Shown piece by piece: positions 9,384-19,068 of a stretch of DNA of 64,000 nt. The position numbers and the translations under genes are program-made. Under the pieces are notes generated by a model that saw only the letters and a list, made by a program, of their open reading frames with translations, ran no database searches and was not told where the DNA came from. Each line of letters begins with the position of its first letter. Position 1 is the first letter of the stretch. Source of the DNA: an uncultured Pseudobdellovibrionaceae bacterium (GTDB lineage Bacteria > Bdellovibrionota_B > Oligoflexia > Oligoflexales > Bog-1112); the NCBI GenBank assembly GCA_964611335.1, contig CAZSXR010000001.1, positions 828,818-892,817 of the forward strand. The letters are read 5' to 3'.

Positions 9384-9860
9384 TCACAGAAGAAGTGAAA
9401 GAACTTTCAAACTTAGCAAAGCAAACATAGAGGCTATTAAATCATCAAATAAAGTGGAGAAAGCACTTTTCCAGCGAGAGTCAATCCAGGAAATAGGCCA
9501 TGGTTTCCAAATATCAAAAAGCCTAAATAGAATAAAACTGCATACGATATAAAAGGATGTGAGTGGAAAATACACACTTGCAAAATACTGTCCTGCAACT
9601 TCGTCTATGACAATGCGAGAGTCATCGTGTCTCCATGTCTTTTCCATGTTAACAATGGAAAGATGTGCGACAAAGCAAATGAAAATTCCGAAAGCGGTAC
9701 TCAAAAACAAAAATGTATCGAAATCTACCTTGTAAACATGGTTTAAAACGTAGTTAAGGCTTAAAGCTAAAGCAAGGCCAGGCAATGATCCGAACGTTCC
9801 AGGTGCTTTGGGAATGTGGCCAAGGCCACCTGCTGTTGCGAGAGATTCTACGAATTTCAT
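9384..9860 (-). CDS. pgpA: Phosphatidylglycerophosphatase A
   Basis: GLGHIPKAPGTFGSLPG, IDEVAGQ and FRLFDIWKPWPI are PgpA signature segments. ATG at 9860 is preferred over the in-frame TTG at 9863. Confidence 0.85.
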   Translation of the reverse strand: MKFVESLATAGGLGHIPKAPGTFGSLPGLALALSLNYVLNHVYKVDFDTFLFLSTAFGIFICFVAHLSIVNMEKTWRHDDSRIVIDEVAGQYFASVYFPLTSFYIVCSFILFRLFDIWKPWPISWIDSRWKSAFSTLFDDLIASMFALLSLKVLSLLL

Positions 9861-9871
9861 CAAGACTACTT

Positions 9872-10435
9872 CTAAGATTTAAGGGGGGAAGTTGAAAATA
9901 TCTCGTCACCCGCGTTGATTTTGCCAGACTCTATAGCATGGACCTGTTTGACTATACCAGTCATTTCTGAAAGGATTTTGTTTTCCATTTTCATTGCTTC
10001 AATCACAGCAATCTGCTCACCCTTACGAACAGGATCTCCCACTTTTATGAAAAGTTTAGTGACCTTCCCTGTCAGCGGTGAAACCTGTTTGTCGATGCGT
10101 TTTTTCTTGACCTTGCCTCGTACTGCACGTGATTGACTGAGTGTGAATACTAAGGCTTCCACCATCGAAGAATCTTTGCTCGCAACATGAAAGCGAACAC
10201 GTCTTTCATCTGTTTGTGAATCATATTCGATACTGCAATTGCGAATGCGAAAGCAACGTTCGAGCTTTATTTTTTTCCCATCCTGCTCACTTATGAAAAA
10301 AGTCTGATGCAAGGGGTTCCATCGTAAAAGCACCATTTTCCCATCGAGTTTTGCAGGAATAACAGTATTCGCAATCAGATACGCAGGAATGTCAATCTCA
10401 TGTTGCTTGTCATGTACACGCACTTTCCATTGCAT
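9872..10435 (-). CDS. Biotin carboxyl carrier protein (biotinyl/lipoyl domain) with ~110-aa N-terminal beta-rich domain
   Basis: The C-terminus carries the biotinylation motif GEQIAVIEAMKMEN. I moved the start to ATG 10435 (MQWKVRV...) because the track ORF (to 10504) overlaps the upstream biotin carboxylase stop. Confidence 0.75.
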   Translation of the reverse strand: MQWKVRVHDKQHEIDIPAYLIANTVIPAKLDGKMVLLRWNPLHQTFFISEQDGKKIKLERCFRIRNCSIEYDSQTDERRVRFHVASKDSSMVEALVFTLSQSRAVRGKVKKKRIDKQVSPLTGKVTKLFIKVGDPVRKGEQIAVIEAMKMENKILSEMTGIVKQVHAIESGKINAGDEIFSTSPLKS

Positions 10436-10445
10436 ATGAAAACTC

Positions 10446-11879
10446 CTAAGCTTGATTTGCGATAACGAGACCAGCAACAAGTGCAGAAAGATCTGCAGGA
10501 ACATTTCCTAAATGAGCTTGTAGACGCTGTTCAAAATACTCTTTTTCTGTATCTAAAAATGAAGTGCTATACTTGCCTTTCAAAAAATCGCGATGACGTA
10601 AAAGTGCTTCGTGAAAACTTGCAGTCGTTGGTGCTCCTTCGATCAACAATTCTTGCAAAGCTCTTCGTAAACGTGCGGCTGCTTCATCTCTGTTGCAACC
10701 ATGGCTGATCAATTTCATCAGCATGGAATCATAGTGCAGAGGAACTTCATAACCTACATACAAATGCGTATCGGCACGCACACTCGGGCCTCCAGGAATG
10801 TGCAATTTCGTAATACGTCCTCCTTGAGGGAGGAAACCTTTTGCAGGATCCTCCGCATTGATACGCGCTTCCATACTCCATCCTCGATGATGGATCTCTT
10901 CTTGTTTAAATCGCAGTAGCTCACCTGCTGCAATGCGGATCTGTTCGGCAACGATATCGAGACCTGTGATCATTTCTGTCACGCTATGTTCAACCTGAAT
11001 GCGTGTGTTCATTTCCATAAAATACAGTTGGTCCGGATTTTCACCTATGAATTCAATAGTACCAGTGCCTTCGTATTTTACAGCTTGTGCAACTTTGAGT
11101 GCCTCTTTTCCATAATGTGCACGCTGTTCTGCATTTAGAAAAACACTGGGTGCTTCTTCAAAAAGTTTTTGATGACGTCTTTGAATGCTGCATTCTCTTT
11201 CAAAAAGATGAACTCCGTTTCCATTCTTATCACACAAAATTTGAAATTCTATGTGACGTGAATTCTGCAAGTACCGTTCACAAAACACAGCAGGATTTGC
11301 AAAAGCAGCACCTGCTTCACGACGACAACTTTCGAACGCGTCTTTTAATTCTTCCGATTTGCGAACAATACGCATGCCTCGTCCCCCACCTCCACCGGAA
11401 GCTTTGAGTATGATGGGAAAACCAATAGTACGCACAACATTTTCAAGTTCAGAAAGGCTTTCTAAAGCATAATCGCAACCTGGAACAGTTGCGACACCAC
11501 TTTCTTTCATAAGTTTGCGTGCACCAATTTTATCTCCCATAGCTTCCATAGCAGCTGCGGAAGGGCCTATAAATTTAGCTTTCGTTTGACTTGCAATAGC
11601 AGCAGCAAACTTTGCATTTTCAGAAAGAAACCCGTAACCAGGATGCACTCCATCGGAGTTACTTTCATTTATGCATTCTATAAGTTTGGGAATGTTTAAA
11701 TAGGTATCGAGAGAATTTTGACCCTCCAGATGTATGGCATAATCTGCGAGAGAGACATGCAGAGAATCTCGATCTACATCTGAGTAAACCGCGACACTTT
11801 CAATGCCCATGTCTCGCAAAGTTCGGATCACTCGGATGGCTATTTCACCACGATTTGCTATGAGAACTCGTTTGAACAA
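10446..11879 (-). CDS. accC: Biotin carboxylase subunit of an acyl-CoA carboxylase
   Basis: FKRVLIANRGEIAIRVIRT, the GGGGRGMRIV glycine loop, EMNTRIQVEHSVTE and the full ATP-grasp layout. I chose TTG 11879 as the start. It lies 5 nt after a perfect AGGAGG (11885-11890, minus strand) and avoids overlap with the upstream gene. Confidence 0.9.
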   Translation of the reverse strand: MFKRVLIANRGEIAIRVIRTLRDMGIESVAVYSDVDRDSLHVSLADYAIHLEGQNSLDTYLNIPKLIECINESNSDGVHPGYGFLSENAKFAAAIASQTKAKFIGPSAAAMEAMGDKIGARKLMKESGVATVPGCDYALESLSELENVVRTIGFPIILKASGGGGGRGMRIVRKSEELKDAFESCRREAGAAFANPAVFCERYLQNSRHIEFQILCDKNGNGVHLFERECSIQRRHQKLFEEAPSVFLNAEQRAHYGKEALKVAQAVKYEGTGTIEFIGENPDQLYFMEMNTRIQVEHSVTEMITGLDIVAEQIRIAAGELLRFKQEEIHHRGWSMEARINAEDPAKGFLPQGGRITKLHIPGGPSVRADTHLYVGYEVPLHYDSMLMKLISHGCNRDEAAARLRRALQELLIEGAPTTASFHEALLRHRDFLKGKYSTSFLDTEKEYFEQRLQAHLGNVPADLSALVAGLVIANQA

Positions 11880-11937
11880 GGTTGCCTCCTCTTGGTTAGA
11901 AGAAGCATACCTTGTGAGATCTATTGGGGTAAACCTT

Positions 11938-12645
11938 TTAGTGAGAGCAAGAATCGGATGCGAATGAAGAATCGTGACGTGCAGGAACAAAGCTTACAGT
12001 GATGTCACCATTTTTAGGTTCTGCACTGTTTTTAACAAGCTCGTAAGCGACACCATTGTAGGAGTATGCGAGTGCAGGCCAAATGCTTCCTGCAACAATA
12101 GCTTCTGTTCCCGCTACTATCGGACGGTAGAGCAGAGAGGCTGTTGGTGCTGCTATAGCCCATACGGTTCCTGCACCGATGCCCCAAGCGCTTACGAGTA
12201 CATCTTCTAAACATGTGCCACAGAATTCAAGCCAGTTTTTTAATTGTGCAGCGTTGGATCCAAAACCATCAATCTCAGCATTCTTTTTTACAGTTGCGCA
12301 ATATTGATCAGGAATTGAACAAACACCATCCGTGCAACATTGGTGTGCATAGTTGACACCTTCCATAAAATGCTTTTGCATGACGTTGTGCCAAAATTCT
12401 TCTTTTTTTACGAGATCCGACATCAATGCTGCAGCATGATCCCATGCTTTTTTAGCATCGTGTTTAATATTCTCTGCACCAGGCATAAATCGCACTTCAA
12501 AATGCCCTTTTTTCGCGCCATTTTCATCGAGAACAGTAATGATACCCTTATCGTAGAATTCTTTCTTCTGTGCATCTGTGAGTGCAAAGGATTGCATAGA
12601 AAAGGAAAGACCCATGACGAGAGCAAAAGATTTGAAAATTTTCAT
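11938..12645 (-). CDS. Hypothetical exported Cys-rich protein with small-residue-rich hydrophobic C-terminal region
   Basis: Signal peptide MKIFKSFALVMGLSFSMQSFA. Eight Cys, and a C-terminal segment WGIGAGTVWAIAAPTASLLYRPIVAGTEAIVAGSIWPALA. I recognise no family. Confidence 0.45.
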   Translation of the reverse strand: MKIFKSFALVMGLSFSMQSFALTDAQKKEFYDKGIITVLDENGAKKGHFEVRFMPGAENIKHDAKKAWDHAAALMSDLVKKEEFWHNVMQKHFMEGVNYAHQCCTDGVCSIPDQYCATVKKNAEIDGFGSNAAQLKNWLEFCGTCLEDVLVSAWGIGAGTVWAIAAPTASLLYRPIVAGTEAIVAGSIWPALAYSYNGVAYELVKNSAEPKNGDITVSFVPARHDSSFASDSCSH

Positions 12646-12738
12646 ACTGTGTATCCTTCAAAAATTAATTTCAACAAAGTGAGCACAGTATAAAGAGTCT
12701 TTGGTGAGAATTTTATAAGCTTTAGAGAGTGTCAAAAA

Positions 12739-13239
12739 TCAAATCTTATCAGAGAATCTTTTCTTCAACTGCTCCTTCAATTCCAACCGTGCTTTGCGTC
12801 TTTGTATTGCATCATGATGGCGTCTTTTCTCATCCTCTGTCTTTACAATAAGGCTAGGCATTGTGCTTGGTTTTCCGTTGCTATCTAAAGCCACCATAGT
12901 CACATAAGCGCTTGCTGTATGATGACTTTCACGTGTCAAAGCATTTTCTGTTGTAATTTTCACTCCTACTTCACAACTCGAATGAGAAACATAATTGACA
13001 CAGGCTTTGATATTCACAATCCAACCCAAACGTATAGCTGCAAGAAAGTGAAGAGCGTCGATTGAAGCGGTGACTACTATTTTTTCACTATGCCTTTGCG
13101 CACATATAGCTGCTGCTATATCGACCCAAGACATAATGACACCTCCAAATACAGTGCCGAGTGCGTTGGTGTGTTGCGGAAAAACAAATTCCGACATTTC
13201 CACTACAGATTCGCTTGGTGATTTTTCTTTTTTTCTCAA
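12739..13239 (-). CDS. Acyl-CoA thioesterase (YciA/BFIT-type hotdog)
   Basis: FPQHTNALGTVFGGVIMSWVDIAAAI is the typical acyl-CoA hydrolase hotdog core; 166 aa. Confidence 0.8.
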   Translation of the reverse strand: MRKKEKSPSESVVEMSEFVFPQHTNALGTVFGGVIMSWVDIAAAICAQRHSEKIVVTASIDALHFLAAIRLGWIVNIKACVNYVSHSSCEVGVKITTENALTRESHHTASAYVTMVALDSNGKPSTMPSLIVKTEDEKRRHHDAIQRRKARLELKEQLKKRFSDKI

Positions 13240-13371
13240 GATTAGAATCCTCTAAGAATGTTATTAAAAATAAACTAAGTCCTCGCGAACTAATAATTCT
13301 TTCTTCGCCCTATAAAACAGTGTATCACGCCATATTGTCATTGATTTTAACGTGTTTTAGGAGAGAAAACA

Positions 13372-13932
13372 ATGTTGAGGAAGTTTCTGATCGGATCCAG
13401 TGTAGTTCTTGCAAGTAGCTCCGCATTTTCATTGATGGAAAATGAAAAATTTGAAGATGGTCTTGATTGGGAAGTCTTAGTACCTGCCCATTTAGATGGG
13501 TTTGAAGATGAATCTCTCATAGAAGACGAGGACTTCGAAAATGATAATCAGCAGCAGATTTTGAAAAATCATTACGAAGCAAACGGAAATGCTGAAGATG
13601 CAAGTTTTCATTTTGTAGAGGGAAAATTTGTCATGCTTGTGGATCTCAAGGAATGGGATTCTAAGCCTGAAATTCTTGTCTATCCTGAATTGGGTCATTT
13701 CACCATTAATTTTAACGGTGAGCCAGAATATATGGCACAAACTTTCGGAGCTTCTCGTGAACAGATTCATCCTGAAGTCAGCATGATGGAAAAAATTCTT
13801 ATGATTACGATTGATCTTCCTTCAGGTCCTGAAGCTCTTTCTGTATCCTATAAAGACAACTTTGAAGAATTGGAACTCTTCAAAGAGGAAGCGGCACACT
13901 TTGAAAAAGTTGAAATTAAAGAAGAACTCTAG
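13372..13932 (+). CDS. Hypothetical exported acidic protein
   Basis: ATG preceded by AGGAGAG. Signal peptide MLRKFLIGSSVVLASSSAFS; very Glu/Asp-rich; no recognisable motif. Confidence 0.5.
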   Translation: MLRKFLIGSSVVLASSSAFSLMENEKFEDGLDWEVLVPAHLDGFEDESLIEDEDFENDNQQQILKNHYEANGNAEDASFHFVEGKFVMLVDLKEWDSKPEILVYPELGHFTINFNGEPEYMAQTFGASREQIHPEVSMMEKILMITIDLPSGPEALSVSYKDNFEELELFKEEAAHFEKVEIKEEL

Positions 13933-15503
13933 AGCGGAATATTTCCGTGCTTTCTTTTTGGCTTGTTAAGCTGCTTTTTCTGCAAAGACTTTAACCCTTC
14001 CAAAAGATACTTGCGGGTTTCCGACGGAAAAATCACAGCATCGATATAACCTTTCGATGCGGCAACGTATGGGGTTGCAAACTTCTTTGCATACTCGTCC
14101 GTCTGTCGTTTTTCTTCTGCAACGGAATCTTTAGCAGCCTCTATCTCTTTCTTGAAAATAATCTGGCACGCAGCAGCAGCTCCCATCACTGCAATTTCCG
14201 CAGAAGGCCATGCTAAATTCAGATCTCCTCCGATGTGTTTAGATCCCATCACAATGTAAGCTCCACCATAAGCTTTGCGAGTGATCACAGTCAAACACGG
14301 TACTGTAGCTTCACAAAAAGCATACAAAATCTTAGCTCCATGTCTAATAATTCCACTCTCTTCCTGATCTCTTCCTGGATAAAAACCAGGAACATCCACA
14401 AGTGTAATAATAGGAATGTTGAAACAATCGCAAAAGCGTACAAAGCGAGCAGCTTTCACAGAAGCATTGATATCCAATGCACCAGCAGTATGATGAGGAT
14501 TGTTCGCTACAATTCCGACGCTATATCCACCTAAAAATGCAAAGCCTGTTACAATGTTCTTCGCATATTCTGGTTTGATCTCCCAAAAAGAATCAGGATC
14601 AACTATAGCTTGAATGATATCACGCACATCATAAGCCTCATTCGGATTCTCAGGAATCAAACGGTCCATGCGCAAAGTATTTTCACGTATAGTTTGAAGA
14701 ACGGTGGGATCGCTTTCAAAATCGAAGCCGCGTGGTGGAAGATCGTTATTGTTGGATGGAATGTAGGTGAGTAATTTTTTTACTCCGATGATAGCTTCTT
14801 CTTCGGAACGAAATCGTCGGTCGATCACTCCGCTTTTCGTTGCATGCGTACGAGATCCACCGAGATCTTCAAAGCTGACTTCTTCTCCTGTAACAGCCTT
14901 CACAACATTCGGTCCTGTAATAAACATATGACTTGTGTTGTCGACCATAAAGATGAAATCGGTCATAGCAGGAGAATACACAGCTCCTCCTGCGCAAGGT
15001 CCCAATATTAAGGAAATCTGTGGAACCACACCGCTCGCTTGCACATTCAAATAGAAAAAATCTGCATAGCCTGCAAGACTCGCAACACCTTCATGTATGC
15101 GAGCTCCTCCAGAGTCATTTAAACCAATAATAGGAGCGCTATTTTGAATCGCAAGGTTCACAATCTTGCAAATCTTCTTAGCAACCGTTTGAGAAACACT
15201 TCCTCCGAAGGTTGTAAAGTCTTGAGCGTATGCATAAACAATGCGACCACTCACTGTACCCCAACCCGTTATAACTCCGTCTCCAAACACATGCTTCTGT
15301 TCCATTCCAAAATCTGAGCACTCATGCATGACAAAAGCATCTGTTTCAATAAAAGATCCAGGATCAAATAACAAATCCAAACGCTCTCGTGCGGTCAGTT
15401 TACCTTTATCGTGCTGATCCTTTTTCTTGTCTTCTCCTCCCCCTTTCGAAGCGAGTTCGCGATTTGCAAGCAGGTCTTGGTAGGCCGATCGTTCAAGTTC
15501 CAT
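13929..15503 (-). CDS. Acyl-CoA carboxylase carboxyltransferase subunit (propionyl-CoA carboxylase beta / methylmalonyl-CoA carboxyltransferase family)
   Basis: 524 aa. KLTARERLDLLFDPGSF, GGARIHEGVASLAGY, GPCAGGAVYSPAMTDF and RKAYGGAYIVMGSK are hallmark segments of the PccB/12S family. Confidence 0.9.
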   Translation of the reverse strand: MELERSAYQDLLANRELASKGGGEDKKKDQHDKGKLTARERLDLLFDPGSFIETDAFVMHECSDFGMEQKHVFGDGVITGWGTVSGRIVYAYAQDFTTFGGSVSQTVAKKICKIVNLAIQNSAPIIGLNDSGGARIHEGVASLAGYADFFYLNVQASGVVPQISLILGPCAGGAVYSPAMTDFIFMVDNTSHMFITGPNVVKAVTGEEVSFEDLGGSRTHATKSGVIDRRFRSEEEAIIGVKKLLTYIPSNNNDLPPRGFDFESDPTVLQTIRENTLRMDRLIPENPNEAYDVRDIIQAIVDPDSFWEIKPEYAKNIVTGFAFLGGYSVGIVANNPHHTAGALDINASVKAARFVRFCDCFNIPIITLVDVPGFYPGRDQEESGIIRHGAKILYAFCEATVPCLTVITRKAYGGAYIVMGSKHIGGDLNLAWPSAEIAVMGAAAACQIIFKKEIEAAKDSVAEEKRQTDEYAKKFATPYVAASKGYIDAVIFPSETRKYLLEGLKSLQKKQLNKPKRKHGNIPL

Positions 15504-15676
15504 GGGAGCCTCTTTTTATAGCAATAAGATGATTTTTATCTAAGCCGATGCACCCATTCTCCTGAAGTCTTTTACGATTGCAAGCGATTCTTCTTTTTTA
15601 GATGTCAGTTTGACCCTCTAGTTTTGAGAAGCATCTTTTTCTAGAATGACAAATCGAAACAAAAAAGGGGTGTTCC

Positions 15677-16546
15677 ATGACAAACGTAGATTCCGAACAA
15701 CGTGTAATCAACAATGTATCCGATACAGCCTGGTTAGTCGCAACTCTGCGTGCACAGGAAAGTCAACGCAGCGATGCTTTATTCAAAGATCCTTATGCAA
15801 AAATCCTGGTTGGAGATAAGGGAACACACATGGTTGAAAAACTTGTGGGTTCTTACGATTTTTCATGGTTTATGGCTGTTCGTACCATCGTAATTGATAA
15901 GATGATTTCTTATGCAATTGAGAATTATGCGATAGATTGTGTAGTCAATTTGGCTTGTGGATTGTGCGCTAGACCTTATCGCTTAGAATTTCCAAAAAAA
16001 ATATCGTGGGTTGATGTCGATTTTGACGATGTCATTCAATACAAAAGATCAAAGTTAGAGAAAGAAAAACCTCATTGTGATTTGGAATATTTCTCCTGTG
16101 ATCTGAGAGAAACAACAGAAAGAGAAAGGTTGTGGAAAAACCTCAACTCACGGTCGCAAAATATACTTGTGATCACCGAAGGACTCCTCCTCTACTTGAA
16201 AGAAGAGAATGTCCAAGATCTTGCTCGTGATTTGAAAAGCATAAGTGGTGTGAAACTATGGATTACAGATTTATACCGAGGTGCCGGAGGAAAAACAACG
16301 AAGTGGTACAATTATATGGAAGCTTCTAACGCAGCATTTCGTTGGTATTGTGCAGATTATAAAAGTTTCTTTGAACAATTTGATTGGAAGTCTATAGACG
16401 AAAGAGATCTCTTGAAAGAAGCTGTCTATTACAAAAGATTGCCTTCCCAAGTCGTTCCAGAATCTTTTAAAAACTCTCCCGTATTTGATGAAGATTTTGA
16501 TGCGATGTGGGAGAAGTCTGGGATCTGGATGATGCAAAAAATTTAA
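15677..16546 (+). CDS. Class I SAM-dependent methyltransferase (leucine carboxyl / O-methyltransferase-like family)
   Basis: N-terminal DTAWLVATLRAQESQRSDALFKDPYA and the SAM-binding-like VVNLACGLCARPYRL resemble the LCM/putative O-methyltransferase family. Confidence 0.65.
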   Translation: MTNVDSEQRVINNVSDTAWLVATLRAQESQRSDALFKDPYAKILVGDKGTHMVEKLVGSYDFSWFMAVRTIVIDKMISYAIENYAIDCVVNLACGLCARPYRLEFPKKISWVDVDFDDVIQYKRSKLEKEKPHCDLEYFSCDLRETTERERLWKNLNSRSQNILVITEGLLLYLKEENVQDLARDLKSISGVKLWITDLYRGAGGKTTKWYNYMEASNAAFRWYCADYKSFFEQFDWKSIDERDLLKEAVYYKRLPSQVVPESFKNSPVFDEDFDAMWEKSGIWMMQKI

Positions 16547-16637
16547 ACAAAAAATGTAGATCCAACTTAGAATATTTACATCTTCCCTGTGAAATAATCC
16601 CCCTTAGTGATGCCTTAAAATTAAAGAAGGAGAACGT

Positions 16638-17411
16638 ATGCGTAAATCGTTTTCTGGTATTCTGTTTGCATTTTTGACTTTCTATGCAGAAATGTCTTTT
16701 TGTCAAAATAAAATATCTATCACAGGGATTCTCAATGCTATGGAAGAAGGCATCTCCGATTCCTATTACATGAAAGATGTTTTAGAAAAGATTTCAGTTA
16801 AAACCAAAGAATTTTATATTGAAAATGATATACATACTTCCGAACAAGAATATGCATTTCTTCTTACAGCTGCTAGTTTTGAAGTTTTATTTGAAGTAGT
16901 AAGAGATGCAGCGCTCGAAGCTTCAACCATAGCGGAATACACATCCCTTTCACGAAATCAGCTCTCTCTTTTAAGAAGGGAAATTATTAAAGAAGCACAG
17001 TCTAATCCCTTTCAATTCGCGAGAGAAACAAGATGCTTCAAGCAGGAACCAGATATCTACTACAGAGTTAAAAATATTATCAAAGAAAATATTTATGCCG
17101 CACTTTACCGTGATGTATATTGCAAAATTTTAGCAGAGCTTATAGAAAAAAAGGATGAAATTCCCTTTCCGCGTCTTGCAAAAACTGTTTATAAAATGGC
17201 GGAAATAGAAAGTTTCAACAGTTTCTTGTTGCTTACGAAATCGATATTAAGACTTGCTTATGATGAAGCGATGAAATTTCAAGCGAATGCCGTTATGGCA
17301 AATCCCTTTTTTATCGAATCTTTTGTAAAGGAGTACAGACATTCGAAATTTGAAAACCAAATTCCCAGCCTCAATCTCTACTTAACGCCATGGAAGTGTG
17401 CTTCAAACTAA
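16638..17411 (+). CDS. Hypothetical exported helical protein
   Basis: AAGGAG SD 6 nt upstream. Signal peptide MRKSFSGILFAFLTFYAEMSFC; no known motif. Confidence 0.45.
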   Translation: MRKSFSGILFAFLTFYAEMSFCQNKISITGILNAMEEGISDSYYMKDVLEKISVKTKEFYIENDIHTSEQEYAFLLTAASFEVLFEVVRDAALEASTIAEYTSLSRNQLSLLRREIIKEAQSNPFQFARETRCFKQEPDIYYRVKNIIKENIYAALYRDVYCKILAELIEKKDEIPFPRLAKTVYKMAEIESFNSFLLLTKSILRLAYDEAMKFQANAVMANPFFIESFVKEYRHSKFENQIPSLNLYLTPWKCASN

Positions 17412-18688
17412 AAATGAAAAAGGTGATTTAGGTTATTAAATGCATGATTTGCATGATGATCCAGTCCTAAGCCATCATGAATATTTGCAGTCAGATCTAA
17501 ATGATGACCGGCTATATCGGCTCCATGATGAAAGCCTGAACTGACAGCATCTGTCCAATGTCCAACATGACTTCCTATACTGTGCGTAGTATCCACCCAC
17601 AAACTTGCATGATGTGTTCCGTCATCTGAAGTTTCCTGGGAACTCATGCTATCATTTCCCGAAATAGAAGAAGTAGTATCAGGAGTTGTAGAACTCATAT
17701 AGTGGTTCAAAGTTGAATCTTGCGTTGAATTTGAACCTGTTAAAGTCAATCCATTACTAGGACCCGTTGCATTCATACAAACAGAAATAACAGGCAAATA
17801 AACAATAAGTGGCTTTCCTGAATTGAGTGCAACAGCTGTGTCTGGAGGTACGGGAGAAGGTGTTAAACAATTTGGATCTGCAGCCACTACCGTAGGGGTT
17901 GGAGAAGATGTAGGTGGTGTCGTATCAGGTATCGGAGTCGGTGGACTTACAAGAGTTGGAGGAGAAATAGGTTCAGGTTCAGAAGTGGGCGTAGGTGTAA
18001 GTGTAGGTGTTGTAGGTGTCTCAGAGCTTGTAGGAGTAGTACTAGGTGTTGGAGATTGCGCAGATACAGGTGTCTCTGGAGTATGAATAATAGGTGTCGA
18101 AATAACATCATGGTGAAATACAGTCGGCTCTTGTTGTGCCACCAAGATTTCCTTAGGAGTAGGATTGATAGCATCCACCTGTTGCACAACAGGGGAACTA
18201 GAAGCTAACGCCATTCCACCTCCGTTGTTTACTCCAGGAAAAGAGTGAGAATCTACAGGGTGATTGAGGTGAACAATAGGTGTAAGTCTGTGAGTTGTAT
18301 CCAGTGTAGGGAGACCGGAATCAACATGTGTAGACGCAGTCATGCGGTCCGTGTTTAGCTCAGTAAAATTCTTAACTTCTATAGAAGTCGAATGGAAAGC
18401 AACAGGAGCACTAACATTTACAGGAGCACCACGAATTTCTCCGCCTTCTGTCAGTGGTCTCCTTTCAACGATATCTTCTTTGTTCATAACACCGAGTACA
18501 GGATCACCCTCTGTGGGTTGTATATGGATTCTTTCAAATACCTTCGATTTGATGTCGCCTACTTCACTCTTTTTCTGCATGCTCATCATCTCAGATAACT
18601 TTTCAATCTGCTCATCAGAACTGCCTTCTTTGGTGTTGATAGGCTTTGTTTCGTCCATCATTTTTGCAATTTTTTCAGTCAGTTTCAT
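17408..18688 (-). CDS. Hypothetical leaderless low-complexity protein (Pro/Thr/Ser-rich core, His-rich C-terminal tail)
   Basis: 426-aa ORF with no signal peptide (MKLTEKIAKMMDETKP...). It has a PT-rich block TPTSSETPTTPTLTPTPTSEPEPISPPTLVSPPTPIPDTTPPTSSPTPT. The last ~75 aa contain many His (...GHHLDLTANIHDGLGLDHHANHAFNNLNHLFHF). Confidence 0.5.
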   Translation of the reverse strand: MKLTEKIAKMMDETKPINTKEGSSDEQIEKLSEMMSMQKKSEVGDIKSKVFERIHIQPTEGDPVLGVMNKEDIVERRPLTEGGEIRGAPVNVSAPVAFHSTSIEVKNFTELNTDRMTASTHVDSGLPTLDTTHRLTPIVHLNHPVDSHSFPGVNNGGGMALASSSPVVQQVDAINPTPKEILVAQQEPTVFHHDVISTPIIHTPETPVSAQSPTPSTTPTSSETPTTPTLTPTPTSEPEPISPPTLVSPPTPIPDTTPPTSSPTPTVVAADPNCLTPSPVPPDTAVALNSGKPLIVYLPVISVCMNATGPSNGLTLTGSNSTQDSTLNHYMSSTTPDTTSSISGNDSMSSQETSDDGTHHASLWVDTTHSIGSHVGHWTDAVSSGFHHGADIAGHHLDLTANIHDGLGLDHHANHAFNNLNHLFHF

Positions 18689-19068
18689 CTACTGATCCTA
18701 AAGATCGAAAGCCAAAACACACCACCGCATGAACGAAAGAATACAGAAATTGTTCCGACTCTCTTTCTTATATTGGTTTGAGATTTACTCAGGAGGCTCA
18801 TCGGAATTCGAGGGCTAAACTTTTGAAAATTTTATAGTAATGAAAATTATCAAGAATATAAGTATAAAATCATGTGGTTATATAAATTAAAAATGCAAAA
18901 AAAATCTTTCATTAGATCTAAAAAGCAGCTTGTTTTGAAAGTCTAGTCTAGGCCTAAGTTCTTAATTTTTCCAGTAAAGTACCGAAGACAGTGGAAGCGG
19001 AGTTTAACCATTTTAAGAATGTTGTGCTTATGTGGGTAAATTTAAATTTTCACTTAGTGAAAACGAAG

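Noticed and set aside
17823-18086. Plus-strand 87-aa Gly/Val-rich ORF (GVGVSVGVVGV...).
   Set aside because: It is the antisense of the Pro/Thr-rich low-complexity block of the 17408-18688 gene. There is no start context or other support.
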